Below are positions 63,780-64,000 of a stretch of 64,000 nucleotides of DNA, piece after piece. The DNA lies in the NCBI GenBank assembly GCA_963704885.1, contig CAVPIB010000004.1:960001-1024000 (forward strand), given 5' to 3'. The stretch's first letter is position 1. Every line of letters begins with the position of its first letter. Source of the stretch: an uncultured Actinomycetes bacterium. Its GTDB lineage: Bacteria > Actinomycetota > UBA4738 > HRBIN12. The translations under genes and the position numbers were made by a program. The notes below the pieces were generated by a model. It was given only the letters and a program-made list of their open reading frames with translations. It was not told the DNA's origin and searched no databases.

Positions 63780-64000
63780 CGGTGCCCCCGACCGTGAGCC
63801 TGCTGATGCGCAGGGTGGGCGAGCCGCTTCCCACGGGCGCCGACTGACCGTCCTTGCCGCACACGCCTTCCCAGGTGTCGAAGTCACCGGCCACGGCGTC
63901 CACGGCGCTCATCACGTCGATCGCTCGTCCGATCAGGTTGGCCCCGCGCACCGGCGTGGTCACCTCACCGTTCTCGATGAGGAACCCCTCGGATACACCG
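63772..64000 (-). CDS. tldD: TldD family metalloprotease, C-terminal part (5' end outside window)
   Basis: PVRGANLIG and the GVCGKDGQSAPVGSGSPTLRI...VGGT signature. Confidence 0.9.
   Translation of the reverse strand, partial: GVSEGFLIENGEVTTPVRGANLIGRAIDVMSAVDAVAGDFDTWEGVCGKDGQSAPVGSGSPTLRISRLTVGGTGA

Noticed and set aside
62436-64000. TldD/E as part of a RiPP cluster
   Set aside because: No precursor peptide or modification enzyme is visible in the window, and tldDE are widespread housekeeping genes.

Overview
High-GC bacterial chromosome segment, most likely Actinomycetota given the tRNA-Ala/glpR/glp/galU/fmdB/mtnP/SAF synteny and many leaderless genes. Clusters of single-base frameshifts look like consensus errors. 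Contents in order: (1) a window-truncated SARP-pseudokinase-STAND-WD40 regulator divergent from a GT4/GH5-like pair; (2) a NarL-type two-component system upstream of a Tat-exported 4Fe-4S protein, an NrfD-family membrane protein and a lipoprotein cupredoxin, with no catalytic subunit; (3) a frameshifted form-II-like Mo-hydroxylase operon (AYRGAGR) beside a form I aerobic CO dehydrogenase operon (AYRCSFR; coxMSL, XdhC-YHS, coxG, mocA; no coxDE); (4) an acyl-CoA synthetase divergent from two Cys-less thiolase-fold proteins and DUF35 domains; (5) an approximately 6 kb secreted RHS/YD toxin with a duplicated beta-propeller (teneurin-like layout) plus a candidate immunity gene; (6) a TPR-cyclase, acyl-CoA dehydrogenase, an array of 16-bp palindromes and PLP/amino-acid catabolic genes; (7) the conserved tRNA-Ala(CGC)-glpR-moaC-moeA-galU-fmdB-mtnP block, with tandem NrdR-like boxes upstream of the glpR/sepX-like gene; (8) uppP, an OmpR-type two-component system, a DM13 protein and tldE/tldD. 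The best candidates for undescribed biology are the NrfCD-cupredoxin module beside CO dehydrogenase, the double-propeller RHS toxin/immunity pair, NrdR-like boxes on a division gene and the TGTCAACCGGTTGACA array. All calls come from reading motifs by eye; no database searches were run.
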